In this document: in pieces, positions 39,769-49,209 of the stretch
Layout of the letters: every line of letters begins with the position of its first letter
How positions within the stretch are numbered: position 1 is the first letter of the stretch
DNA from: a virus
DNA: 64,000 nucleotides
IMG/VR virus record: IMGVR_UViG_3300035670_011119
Coordinates: 11,598 to 75,597 of that record
Direction: 5' to 3' (one strand)
Position numbers and translations under genes: made by a program
Notes under the pieces: generated by a model
Databases searched by the model: none
What the model was told of the DNA's origin: nothing
The model's input: only the letters and a program-made list of their open reading frames with translations

Positions 39769-40489
39769 AATTGTCTAATTTAGCTAAAATTTTTGCTATG
39801 ATAGGATTACGAATAATGTCATGATCGGTTAGTGTTGAGATGCCAATTCCTTCTACATCAGATAAATTTTTAATCATCTCATAAAAACCGCCCTGTAAAT
39901 GTCTAGCCAAGTCTGATTGGGAAACATCTCCAGTTAATACCATTCTACTGTTTTGACCAATTCTTGTCAACAACATTTTTAATTGTTCGTATGACGCATT
40001 TTGACACTCGTCCGCTACAATAAAACAATCATGAAAATTTCGACCTCTCATAAATCCTAGTGGTACAATTTCAATTTTATTATTGAGCTTAAGAGTTGCA
40101 TTTAATGCTGGACCGATAAAATAATTTATTTCATCTTCTATGGGCAATAGATAAGGAAATAACTTTTCTTCATATTTACCTGGAAGATATCCTATTTTTT
40201 CTCCAGCTTCAACAACAGGTCTGGTTATAATAATTTTTTTAATCTTTTCGTCTAATAAATATTCTAAGGCTAATCCAACAGCACAATGAGTTTTACCACT
40301 ACCAGCGCTGCCTTGACAAAAGGTAATGGTGTTCTCAATTATAGAACGTATATATTCTTTTTGATTATCTGTTCTAGGTTTTAACCTATTGCGATAAACT
40401 ATTCTATTTTCATTATTAAGGGTAACATTTGTAAGATCGATAAGTTTGTCTTTTTTGTTATTAACGTTAGCATTTTTTTTCTTTCTCAA
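39749..40489 (-). CDS. phoH: PhoH-family ATPase
   Basis: PRT.NQ..Y, GSAGSGKT, ITRPVVEAGE.IGYLPG, FMRGRNF, DECQN, LTRIG, GD..Q.DL. Confidence 0.95.
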   Translation of the reverse strand: MRKKKNANVNNKKDKLIDLTNVTLNNENRIVYRNRLKPRTDNQKEYIRSIIENTITFCQGSAGSGKTHCAVGLALEYLLDEKIKKIIITRPVVEAGEKIGYLPGKYEEKLFPYLLPIEDEINYFIGPALNATLKLNNKIEIVPLGFMRGRNFHDCFIVADECQNASYEQLKMLLTRIGQNSRMVLTGDVSQSDLARHLQGGFYEMIKNLSDVEGIGISTLTDHDIIRNPIIAKILAKLDNYEQGRK

Positions 40490-40546
40490 AGATGTACCCT
40501 TTAATATGTAGGTAAATAATATATTCGTATATTAATATACACCATA

Positions 40547-40909
40547 CTATATAAATGATTTAAGATTGGGTGGCTGCCAATTTTGTGGTTTGAGCACTTT
40601 ACCATCTTCTCTTTTTTTTACTTTGCCTGTAGCGCTATCTACTTTAGCAAAATTAGTCTTCATTACTTCATCCCATGCTCCTTGAGCATTTGCCCCCATA
40701 CTATTAATAGCCCCTGCCGTAACAACTATAATGTCTATTAAAGCATCTAATATTTCAACGCGATCATTAGCATCAAAAGCTTCTTGTAGTTCTGACACCT
40801 CTTCCTTAATCAAGGTATGATACATATTTAATTGAGGTATGTTCCATTCGCATACACTCTGATCGCAAGCTATCATAAATTTTGTTTGATCTTCGAATAC
40901 ATTTCCCAT
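40547..40909 (-). CDS. MazG-like / PRA-PH family nucleotide pyrophosphohydrolase
   Basis: LIKEEVSEL..EILDALIDIIVV..EVMKTNFAK..REDGKVLKP. ATG at 40909 follows GAGGA. Confidence 0.88.
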   Translation of the reverse strand: MGNVFEDQTKFMIACDQSVCEWNIPQLNMYHTLIKEEVSELQEAFDANDRVEILDALIDIIVVTAGAINSMGANAQGAWDEVMKTNFAKVDSATGKVKKREDGKVLKPQNWQPPNLKSFI

Positions 40910-40925
40910 TTCTAATCCTCTTGTA

Positions 40926-42578
40926 TTAAGACTCACAACTAGAACATGATAAAATATTACGAGCTAATTCTTGTGCAGGATTAGCACTTCTTTGATAATA
41001 AAAGGTTTTGACTCCTAATTGCCATCCTTCTATAAGAAGGTCGCTAACTTGCTTAGGAGGAATATCTGGACCTATCATTATATTTAATGACTGAGATTGA
41101 TCAATATATTTTTGTCTTTGAGACGCTTGTATAATTATTTCTTTTTGACTAATCTCACCAAATGTTTTAAATACCTCTTTTTCATTATCGGTTAAAAACT
41201 TTAAGTGTTGCACGGAGCCGCCTTTTACTAATATGCTTTTCCAAGTAGATTCATCATTTTTTTCATACTTTTTAAGTATATCTTTTAGATAAGGATTTTT
41301 GTATGTAAATTTACCTTTTGCTAAATTCTTAACAAAGTAATTACTATTTAATGGTTCTATACTAGGACTAACTTGTCCCAATATAAAACTACTACTTGTT
41401 GTTGGTGCTATAGCAAGAGTTGTCACATTTCTACGACCATATCCTTCTAATATTGGTGCTTCACCAAATTTATCTGCTAATTCTTTAGTTGCCTTATCAG
41501 ATCTGTCTCTTATAGTTTGCCACATATTACTATTAATAAGCTTAGCCTGCATACTTTCAAAGCTTACCATTTTACTTTGTAAATAAGAGTGCCATCCTAA
41601 TACGCCCATACCTAATGCTCTTTGATTTAAAGCAAAATTTCTGGCACTTTTCATAAATCTAGTATTTTGTGTTTTATTAACAAATTCTTCGTTAACACTA
41701 TCTAAAAAGTATATTAATGTTTCAATAGCATCTGTTTTTACAATATCATCCCAATGCAAAAGATTCAAAGAACTTAATACGCATACAAAACTATTATTCT
41801 CATCCGAACTCAATGCTATTTCACTGCATAAATTACTAGAGTTGATTTTTAGTTGTTTATCTTTATAGACCTGTGGAGCATTGTTATTAACAGTATCGCT
41901 AAAGAAAATATAAGGATAGCCACTTTCGAATCTTTTTTGTATTATCTTTGCCCAAATTTTTCTTTTATTTTTATCGCCATTAATCATACTATTCATCCAG
42001 TCGTCAGTAATGGTAACACCAATACTCATATTTTGAATAGGATGTCCTTCATTTCGTATTTGTAAAAATTCTTCTATATCAGGATGTTCAACAGGTAAAT
42101 AAGCAGCAAAAGATCCTCTACGAGCAGATCCTTGACTAATAACATCAGCTACTTTATCAAATAGTTCCATAAAATGAACAGGACCACTACTTTCTCCACC
42201 AACACTTATAGATGATCCTCTGCTTCTTAAATCTCCAAAATAACCACTTGTTCCTCCGCCCAATTTACTCATCATTCCAACTTCCGCCACTTTGTATAAA
42301 ATACTATCCATTCTATCGCTAATATGACTATTAAAACAACTTACTGGTAATCCTCGTGAGTTACCATAGTTTGTCCAAACTGGGGTGGATAACGAATAAA
42401 ATCCTAGACTCATATAGTGTTCAAATTTTTCTGCAAAGCCGGGAATATTTAATAGTTTCTCGGCGTGTTGAGAAATATCTCTAATTCTATCTTCTGGACT
42501 TTGGTCTTTTTGTAAATAGCCTCTTTCCAGAAAAATACGACTATGAGAATTAAGCCAATAGTAAGACTTGTTGTTCAT
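40926..42578 (-). CDS. nrdA: Ribonucleotide reductase class I alpha subunit (short, no ATP cone)
   Basis: VSCF, GGGTS, RRGS.A.Y, NLCSE, APTTSSS, DQSQSLN, KTFYY, C-terminal CSSCES. Confidence 0.95.
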   Translation of the reverse strand: MNNKSYYWLNSHSRIFLERGYLQKDQSPEDRIRDISQHAEKLLNIPGFAEKFEHYMSLGFYSLSTPVWTNYGNSRGLPVSCFNSHISDRMDSILYKVAEVGMMSKLGGGTSGYFGDLRSRGSSISVGGESSGPVHFMELFDKVADVISQGSARRGSFAAYLPVEHPDIEEFLQIRNEGHPIQNMSIGVTITDDWMNSMINGDKNKRKIWAKIIQKRFESGYPYIFFSDTVNNNAPQVYKDKQLKINSSNLCSEIALSSDENNSFVCVLSSLNLLHWDDIVKTDAIETLIYFLDSVNEEFVNKTQNTRFMKSARNFALNQRALGMGVLGWHSYLQSKMVSFESMQAKLINSNMWQTIRDRSDKATKELADKFGEAPILEGYGRRNVTTLAIAPTTSSSFILGQVSPSIEPLNSNYFVKNLAKGKFTYKNPYLKDILKKYEKNDESTWKSILVKGGSVQHLKFLTDNEKEVFKTFGEISQKEIIIQASQRQKYIDQSQSLNIMIGPDIPPKQVSDLLIEGWQLGVKTFYYQRSANPAQELARNILSCSSCES

Positions 42579-42607
42579 TTAAAATCCTGTTGTAGAGCTT
42601 GATAAAA

Positions 42608-43579
42608 TTAAAATAGCGCTTCTATGTCGAACGATAGAGCCTTTTTGGAGTACTCAACAGGACGAGAATGAAAGAAGTCGGTCATATTATTGCCCAATAT
42701 CTGTTCGTCGAACCATGAGGTTTTCTTCAATAGTTCGTTATCTATATCAAATATTGGATCGTAACCAATTTCTTGCAAGGATTCGTTTAGCCTATTTTTA
42801 ATAAACTCTTTTAAGATCTGTGAATCTAGATTGGCCTCTTTATATCCGTTAACTATCCAGTCTATAATTTCGCATTCGTATTTCACAGCTTCTTGGGACT
42901 CATATATAATTTTTTCTTCTAGTTCTTTATCGAATAGTTCAGGATATTCCTGTTTAATAGTATTGATTATTTTGATACCAATCATAGCGTGAAGATTTTC
43001 TTCTCTGCTAGTATATTCTACTTGCTTGTTGGTGTCTTTGAGAAGATTAAGGAATCTACCAAAATAACTGATGGTATAAAACTGAGAAAATAAAGCTATA
43101 TTCTCAACAAATAATGTAAATAAAATTAAAGAATATATAAATTGTTTTTTATTATCGTTATGAAATTTATGTAGATGTTTGCGTAGATAATTGACTCGTC
43201 CCTTTATAATATCTAGTTCTAATATTTTTTCGAAATTATCATCTATACCAAGAACCTCTAAGAGTCTTTCATAAGCATCTCCATGAATAACTTCAACATG
43301 AGCCATTGTATAACCCAAATCGTTAAGCGATGGATGTGGAAGATTATCTCCTAGTTTAGCCCAAAATTTCTTAACACTAATTTCTAATTGACCAATTGTG
43401 GATAATGCTCTAATAATAATTTGTTTTTGTTGTTCTGTTAAATTTACTCTAAAATCTTGAACATCACTACTAAAAGTAAATTCTCTATGAGTCCAAAAAC
43501 CATTATGCATAGCTTCTATAAAATCTTGTGTCCATGAATAGTGGTCAGGTTTTCTAGAAATTTGTTCATCAAAAATCAT
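42608..43579 (-). CDS. nrdB: Ribonucleotide reductase class I beta subunit
   Basis: FW..E, EVIHGDAY, VENIALFSQF, REENLH, DFF..RPVEY. Confidence 0.95.
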   Translation of the reverse strand: MIFDEQISRKPDHYSWTQDFIEAMHNGFWTHREFTFSSDVQDFRVNLTEQQKQIIIRALSTIGQLEISVKKFWAKLGDNLPHPSLNDLGYTMAHVEVIHGDAYERLLEVLGIDDNFEKILELDIIKGRVNYLRKHLHKFHNDNKKQFIYSLILFTLFVENIALFSQFYTISYFGRFLNLLKDTNKQVEYTSREENLHAMIGIKIINTIKQEYPELFDKELEEKIIYESQEAVKYECEIIDWIVNGYKEANLDSQILKEFIKNRLNESLQEIGYDPIFDIDNELLKKTSWFDEQILGNNMTDFFHSRPVEYSKKALSFDIEALF

Positions 43580-43590
43580 AATAGACTCCG

Positions 43591-43728
43591 TTATTTTTTG
43601 TTTAAGATAGCAAGTAGGCCCAATATTATAACACAGACAAGTTCATTACCTATAGGATTAAAGGTTGGTCTAAAAAAATAGTTTAAATAGTAATTACCTA
43701 TCATTATATAAAAAAGGATACTTGTCAT
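43591..43728 (-). CDS. Small hydrophobic protein (45 aa), absent from the supplied ORF track
   Basis: MTSILFYIMIGNYYLNYFFRPTFNPIGNELVCVIILGLLAILNKK*. It has an ATGA overlap with the deaminase stop and fills the gap to nrdB. Confidence 0.55.
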   Translation of the reverse strand: MTSILFYIMIGNYYLNYFFRPTFNPIGNELVCVIILGLLAILNKK

Positions 43729-44195
43729 AGTACACCAATACTATGTCTCAGCCACTCAAGATTTGGATCAACATAAACTATATTGATCTTACTCATTGAT
43801 ACGAAAGTATCAAATATTTTTTGAGCTTTTTCATCAAACAAAACAGTACCGTGACTTTGTTTCATATATACCGTACCTATTCCTTCTTGCCACAATGCCA
43901 TAATACAATCGTTGCAGCATTGTCCAGTAACATATGCTATGCCATCATCTGGCCTAACAACACAATTAGCCAAAGCATTTCGTTCGGCATGAATCATCCA
44001 AGGATATTTTTCTGGTCTTGTGGTTGGTAATTTTGTATCATCTAGTCCACGAGCAAAATCATTATAACCAACACCCAAAACTCTATGTTTTTGGTCTGTA
44101 ATTATACATCCATGTTGGGTTTGCTCGTCATGACTTTTTTTGGCCACGATATGAGCCAAACCAATATAGTAAGAAGTCCAGTCTTTTGGTCTCAT
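43725..44195 (-). CDS. dCMP deaminase family protein
   Basis: W..Y...A...A.KS.D, GYN, HAERNA, CNDC. Confidence 0.92.
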   Translation of the reverse strand: MRPKDWTSYYIGLAHIVAKKSHDEQTQHGCIITDQKHRVLGVGYNDFARGLDDTKLPTTRPEKYPWMIHAERNALANCVVRPDDGIAYVTGQCCNDCIMALWQEGIGTVYMKQSHGTVLFDEKAQKIFDTFVSMSKINIVYVDPNLEWLRHSIGVL

Positions 44196-44200
44196 GATCT

Positions 44201-44228
44201 ATGATATGAACTTTTGATCTCTTGTCAA
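44201..44228 (-). promoter_or_regulatory. Sigma70-type promoter, probably leaderless, for the deaminase-nrdBA genes
   Basis: The - strand reads TTGACA (44228-44223), 16 nt, TATCAT (44206-44201), 5 nt, ATG (44195). There is no room for an RBS. Confidence 0.65.
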
Positions 44229-45542
44229 CTACTCAAAAACAAATGCTTTGGAATTCAAAAGAAGATCATTGTTTTTTATTTTGGTGTATTGCTGTGCTAA
44301 GTTAGTTTTATTTTTGATTTCTATTTGAAACACATCGACATTATACAGCCCTGGGTTGTGTTTGTCAATCCAGTCATATATATTTTGTATAAATGCTGCT
44401 CTTTCTTTACCAAATCCATAAGCTAAATCCGAATATTTGGTTGTAATAATTATATCATGCTGTGAAATTTTATCTGATAGGTATTCAATATGATTGTCTA
44501 GTTCTGTCATATTAAATAGATGACGCACAGACTTCCAATGTTCGTCGCTATAATTCCATCGCAAATTAGCATAATATTCTGTATCAAATACTACTCTGCG
44601 CTTTAGCTCGTTTGCAATAAGAGAGTTATTTAAATACAAAACCTTACAATAGGTTTCCAAAAATTGCAACAATCCAAAGTCTACAAATTGATCAATATCA
44701 ATATATATGCCAAGATCAAATATTGGTTTGGCCTTATGGCCAAAAAATCCCCATTTTCTAATAAATTTTTTAAGTTCTTGATGATCAGCGATTTGTTGTA
44801 GAAGATTTTTTTGCTCTACTGTTCTATCGGATTCTGGTTTGAACCAGTTTTTGCCACGAGAAGAAACACAAGTAAAATGATAAACACTAGCATCCCATGT
44901 TTGTACCATATTTAAGCCAGCAAGACCCATTCTAATTATCATATCAGAATCTTCTCTAGAACATCTGAAATGAGTATCAAATCCACCAAGTTTCTCAAAC
45001 CATGTTTCTTTGTATACTACGAATGGTGCAAAATGTCCTTCCATGTTTGGTTTATTTTCTTTTTGTAATTCTAAAGTAAATTCTTGAAACTTTTCGTATT
45101 GAAAACTTTCTGGTGTCACACCAAAATCTTTTATGATTTTTTCTGGCGAAGCAGGGTGAAGTGGCGGTTCTATCCGAGAACAAGTTAAAACCATATCTTT
45201 ATTAATCATATTTTTCAATATATGTTTATCAAAATTTTTACCTACTACCATATCAGATTGTAAATAACATACAATATGTTTTGTGGCAGCATCGAACATT
45301 AAGGAAACATTGCGTTGACTACCAATAGGCATAGACGTATTGTTTCTATATATTTTTATATTTGATAACGATTGTTTAATTTCTAATAAGTCTTCATATG
45401 TATTTTGATTATCGCTATCAATAAATACTAATATTTCATGATTTTCAATTTTTGTGTTTTCTATTAGAGAACGAATCAATAATTTAGTATATTCTTTTTC
45501 ATTTTTAGCAGATGCTATACAGAAACTGATACTATTGTCCAT
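44229..45542 (-). CDS. Glycosyltransferase family 2
   Basis: ISFCI, EILVFID, LQSDM, GGFD..F...EDSD...R, VYHF..SSR. Confidence 0.9.
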   Translation of the reverse strand: MDNSISFCIASAKNEKEYTKLLIRSLIENTKIENHEILVFIDSDNQNTYEDLLEIKQSLSNIKIYRNNTSMPIGSQRNVSLMFDAATKHIVCYLQSDMVVGKNFDKHILKNMINKDMVLTCSRIEPPLHPASPEKIIKDFGVTPESFQYEKFQEFTLELQKENKPNMEGHFAPFVVYKETWFEKLGGFDTHFRCSREDSDMIIRMGLAGLNMVQTWDASVYHFTCVSSRGKNWFKPESDRTVEQKNLLQQIADHQELKKFIRKWGFFGHKAKPIFDLGIYIDIDQFVDFGLLQFLETYCKVLYLNNSLIANELKRRVVFDTEYYANLRWNYSDEHWKSVRHLFNMTELDNHIEYLSDKISQHDIIITTKYSDLAYGFGKERAAFIQNIYDWIDKHNPGLYNVDVFQIEIKNKTNLAQQYTKIKNNDLLLNSKAFVFE

Positions 45543-46404
45543 TTTTAGATTCCTTTTGATTTTTATGCTCTTTATAAATTAATTTAATAGCGTTTTCTAA
45601 ACCTATATATTTTATGTGTGTTTCAACGTATTGGCCTGTATAGTCCTTGTTAGATAAGCCGATATTATTGGTGTTGTTCTCATAAATAATTTCTACTTTA
45701 TGATCATCTAAATTATTAATTATATTAGCTATTTCAGACAAATATACTTTATCTTTATAACAACAATCAAATCTTTTTGGTATATTCTGTGTTTGTATAA
45801 AAAAGTGTATAACTTGAGCCAAGTCTCCTACATAGAAAAAGTCCATTTTACGATCAGAATGAATGACCATATTTTCATAATTTAAATATTTAGTAATATT
45901 ATTTCTTATCATTCTATCTGGTTGTTCATCATAACCAAAACAATTATAAATTCTAAAATTACACAATTTTGGTTCATCAGCAGTTATTTTATCTATTACG
46001 TTTTTACACAAACCATAAGGATCAATTGGATACCTATTAATAGATTTAGAGTTAATATTATATCTTCTGTCTAGTTCTGCTCCGGAACCGAAAGATATGA
46101 TGCACTGAAAATAATCTTGATAACTTAAAAGATTATATAGCATTAATAAATTATTATATACTATAATTGGATCATCTGGTTTATTTCTTCGTCCACCCTC
46201 AATAGCGGTATGTATTAAGAGATCGAATGATTTGTTGTGTTTTTGAAAAAATGTTTTAACTTGTTCACTATCTAATAAATTAGCATCTTGTCTAGTTAAT
46301 GTTGTTATATGATATAAGTATTGATTATCTTTTTTCATATTACCCAAATAAGTTTTTAGATTACGACCCAAAAATCCATTTGATCCAGTAATTAATATAT
46401 TCAT
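45532..46404 (-). CDS. NAD-dependent epimerase/dehydratase (NDP-sugar reductase)
   Basis: ILITGSNGFLG, GSGAE, YGLCK, DFFYVGD. ATG at 46404. Confidence 0.9.
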   Translation of the reverse strand: MNILITGSNGFLGRNLKTYLGNMKKDNQYLYHITTLTRQDANLLDSEQVKTFFQKHNKSFDLLIHTAIEGGRRNKPDDPIIVYNNLLMLYNLLSYQDYFQCIISFGSGAELDRRYNINSKSINRYPIDPYGLCKNVIDKITADEPKLCNFRIYNCFGYDEQPDRMIRNNITKYLNYENMVIHSDRKMDFFYVGDLAQVIHFFIQTQNIPKRFDCCYKDKVYLSEIANIINNLDDHKVEIIYENNTNNIGLSNKDYTGQYVETHIKYIGLENAIKLIYKEHKNQKESKNGQ

Positions 46405-46602
46405 ATTATAGCCTCTTCTATCATAGAACATATATTATTCATAGAAAAATCATTAGACCATAGCATTTTTGCAGTTTTTTCATGATATCCCCAAACTTTA
46501 CTTTCTATATTTTGTGGGTCACTCAAAGCTTCGAAAGCAATGTTTGGATTTGTGGTTTAATTCCATATTATTTTGCAGCATGATTATTTTCTCTATTTGC
46601 AT
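46401..46602 (-). pseudogene. Small ORF (~66 aa) interrupted by a 1-nt frameshift
   Basis: ATG at 46602 gives MQIEKIIMLQNNMEL. Removing one base near TTAAACC (~46556-46560) continues TTNPNIAFEALSD..MIEEAII*, and that TGA overlaps the epimerase ATG. The span is 202 nt, i.e. 67 codons + 1. Confidence 0.4.
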
Positions 46603-47575
46603 GTTTTTTTATTCTTTTTGCTATACCAATAAATGTTTCGTCTATAGATTCAGACATGTGTGATATATTAGCATTTTTATATTTGTGTTGCATGTATTTA
46701 ATAATTATAGGAATCTTTCGTGGAATTCCACCAGTGAGCACAATCGTTTTATCATATGGAGTAAACAAAAATTCATCATATTGATCAATATAACATCTAA
46801 TAATAGAAGCTGTAAAATTTTTGACATTAAAAGAATTTTCATATATATTATTAATATTTCCACCACTAATTGTAAACTTATGTGCCTGATGAAATATATT
46901 TAAGTTTATATTAATATTGCTATCTAGTATATCTTGTAGAGATATTTGTTTTGTTAGTTTAAATAAGTCGGAACCAAGTTCAAGAAAAAAGTTTTGAAAA
47001 ACATTTAGTGCTCTGCCACTAGGTATATAGCTGTATCTATTATATTCTCTTCCATTTTGTATTTGTATAACTTGTGATCCTGTACCAAGATTAACAATTG
47101 ATCCATAGTCTGGTATCATAGACCTAGCCGCTTCTATAACACAATTTGTGTCACCAAAAGAACTATAAACTGGTTTATTATTTATAAATCCAAGAACTGA
47201 ACAATCTTCTATAAATTTATATTTTGATGATGTTCTATAATGATCAGAATGCATATGAAAAGTTGGTAAACCATAAAACAAACCGCTAATCATACAACAA
47301 TCTTTAATGTTTTTATCATATATTTTATTGCTTTGCCAAGAATGATAATAGTCATTTATATAATATCCGCCCAGAATTGAACAAATATAAATATTATCAA
47401 TTTTATTATCATATATAGATACAATACTAGTAAGAATATTGATTAGATCTTTTTTATGTATAGATTTAGAACACAAAAATGGAGATTCTCTTATGGAATA
47501 ATCAAAAAAATTTATACCATCATACAAAACACTTTTTATATTTGATGCACCGAAATCAATTAGTAAAGATTTCAT
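46568..47575 (-). CDS. ASKHA/FGGY-like sugar kinase (short, divergent)
   Basis: LLIDFGASNIKS (phosphate-1), SWQ, GDTNC, VNLGTGSQ (phosphate-2), PSGRAL, LTGG. Confidence 0.7.
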   Translation of the reverse strand: MKSLLIDFGASNIKSVLYDGINFFDYSIRESPFLCSKSIHKKDLINILTSIVSIYDNKIDNIYICSILGGYYINDYYHSWQSNKIYDKNIKDCCMISGLFYGLPTFHMHSDHYRTSSKYKFIEDCSVLGFINNKPVYSSFGDTNCVIEAARSMIPDYGSIVNLGTGSQVIQIQNGREYNRYSYIPSGRALNVFQNFFLELGSDLFKLTKQISLQDILDSNININLNIFHQAHKFTISGGNINNIYENSFNVKNFTASIIRCYIDQYDEFLFTPYDKTIVLTGGIPRKIPIIIKYMQHKYKNANISHMSESIDETFIGIAKRIKKHANRENNHAAK

Positions 47576-48578
47576 TTAATTTATATGCTAGTTGTTGATC
47601 GAGTGTTGAATCAATAAAATTTGTTATGCCTATTTCTGAAGGCACAACCAATGTAATTTTATTTAGTTTAGTTTTTTTATCTTGCTTAAGCAGCTCAATT
47701 ATAGTAGAGGTTTTTAGATTTTTAATTTTATCTAAAGAGGTATATTCTGATATGATTTTACTAATATTATTATTGTTAGTGAACAGCCTATTTATTATCT
47801 CAATACCTAATAAAACAGCCTCTCCATGAGGTATTGTATAATTTGTTGCGGCTTCTATTGCGTGACCAAATGAATGTCCATAGTTTAGTGCTTTGCGTAT
47901 ATTTATTTCGAATTCATCATATTCTATAATAGATTTCTTGATAGCTAACCCATGAAAAATTCTTTCTTGCATAGAATATTGATTTATTTTTTCTATGTAT
48001 GATATACCACCTAAAATAAAAAATTTAATAATTTCTCCCATTCCATTAATAATATCTTGAGAATTAAGAGTTTTTAAAAACTTAGGATCAATTATAACTA
48101 AAGATGGTGCAGAAAAAAGCGCTAGTTGATTTTTGATACTATGAAAATTTAATGCTGTTTTACCTCCAATACAACTATCGCATTGAGACAATAGCGTTGT
48201 TGGAATATAAACCCAATTGATTCCTCTTTTGTAGATCGAGCCAACAAAAGCGCCTATGTCTTGTGTAATTCCTCCACCAATAACAAATAATCTATGTCCT
48301 TTATTAAACCCTTTATCACAAAGCCATTGACAAACCTTCAAAACCGTCTCTATGTTTTTATTTGATTCTATAGGATTTATAATAAATGTATTCTTATGAT
48401 TTATATCATACAGTTTTTGTACATTATTATCTATTAATAGAAAATCATTTGTATCAAAACTATTATTAAAAGAATCAAATATAACACTATAATTTTTTGG
48501 ATGTGAAATAATTTCTAAATTATTTGTAAAATTATGTAAGGGCTGCAAAGATACATTATCAATAATAAATTTATTCAT
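47556..48578 (-). CDS. AroB-related sugar-phosphate cyclase (3-dehydroquinate synthase family)
   Basis: IGGGITQD, RGI, PTTLLSQCDSCIGGKT, KN, GEIIK, DEFE..RKALNYGHSFGHAIE, HGEAV. Confidence 0.9.
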   Translation of the reverse strand: MNKFIIDNVSLQPLHNFTNNLEIISHPKNYSVIFDSFNNSFDTNDFLLIDNNVQKLYDINHKNTFIINPIESNKNIETVLKVCQWLCDKGFNKGHRLFVIGGGITQDIGAFVGSIYKRGINWVYIPTTLLSQCDSCIGGKTALNFHSIKNQLALFSAPSLVIIDPKFLKTLNSQDIINGMGEIIKFFILGGISYIEKINQYSMQERIFHGLAIKKSIIEYDEFEINIRKALNYGHSFGHAIEAATNYTIPHGEAVLLGIEIINRLFTNNNNISKIISEYTSLDKIKNLKTSTIIELLKQDKKTKLNKITLVVPSEIGITNFIDSTLDQQLAYKLNEIFTN

Positions 48579-48579
48579 T

Positions 48580-49209
48580 TTAAATTCCTAGTAGACTATA
48601 TCCACCATCAATAATAATATTTTGTCCAGTTATACTTTTGTTTTGTTTGAGAAAAAAAACACAAATATCAGCTATATCTTGAGGTATTGTTATGCCAAGA
48701 GGTATTTTTTCTTGTAGTTCATTAATTCTATTTTGTGTATTATTTTTTATTGTCATTGGCGTTAGAACAAAACCAGGAGAAATCATATTAACTTTAATTT
48801 TATTTGATGCCATTTCTAATGCTAGTGTTTTAATAGCGCCGAGCATGGCATGTTTAGACATGGTATATGCTAGTCTACCTATTTTTGTAGATGTCGAATA
48901 TAGTGATCCTATAGCTAAGATATTTGCTCCTTGATTGAAGCTTAGAGATTTGCATAAAGATACAAAACCAAAACAATTTATTTGCATTGTTTCTTTGATA
49001 TTTTCTATACTTAAATTATTATATTCACAAGGATTATTAATTCCAGCACAATATATTAGTCCATTAATATTATTAGCATTAAAACAAATATCAGATTTAA
49101 GATCGTGGATTTGTCTATTTAAAGATATTATGTCGAACCCAGCCGCAATACAAGAGGATTGTATACTTGATCCTATACCACCAGATGAGCCAGTAATAAT
49201 TATAGACAT
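48580..49209 (-). CDS. Short-chain dehydrogenase/reductase
   Basis: TGSSGGIG, CAGIN, YTMSK, VNMISPGFV.T, ITGQ..IIDGG. Confidence 0.93.
   Translation of the reverse strand: MSIIITGSSGGIGSSIQSSCIAAGFDIISLNRQIHDLKSDICFNANNINGLIYCAGINNPCEYNNLSIENIKETMQINCFGFVSLCKSLSFNQGANILAIGSLYSTSTKIGRLAYTMSKHAMLGAIKTLALEMASNKIKVNMISPGFVLTPMTIKNNTQNRINELQEKIPLGITIPQDIADICVFFLKQNKSITGQNIIIDGGYSLLGI

Noticed and set aside
46519-46521. TGA in HCFRSFE* read as selenocysteine
   Set aside because: The frame closes six codons later at TAA. A one-base frameshift explains the region better.
46568-48578. Gadusol/mycosporine (EEVS/DDGS) sunscreen pathway from kinase plus cyclase
   Set aside because: The cyclase has the DHQS-type DEFE..R..LNYGH segment rather than MLEEL.PNL.E, and there is no O-methyltransferase or ATP-grasp partner.
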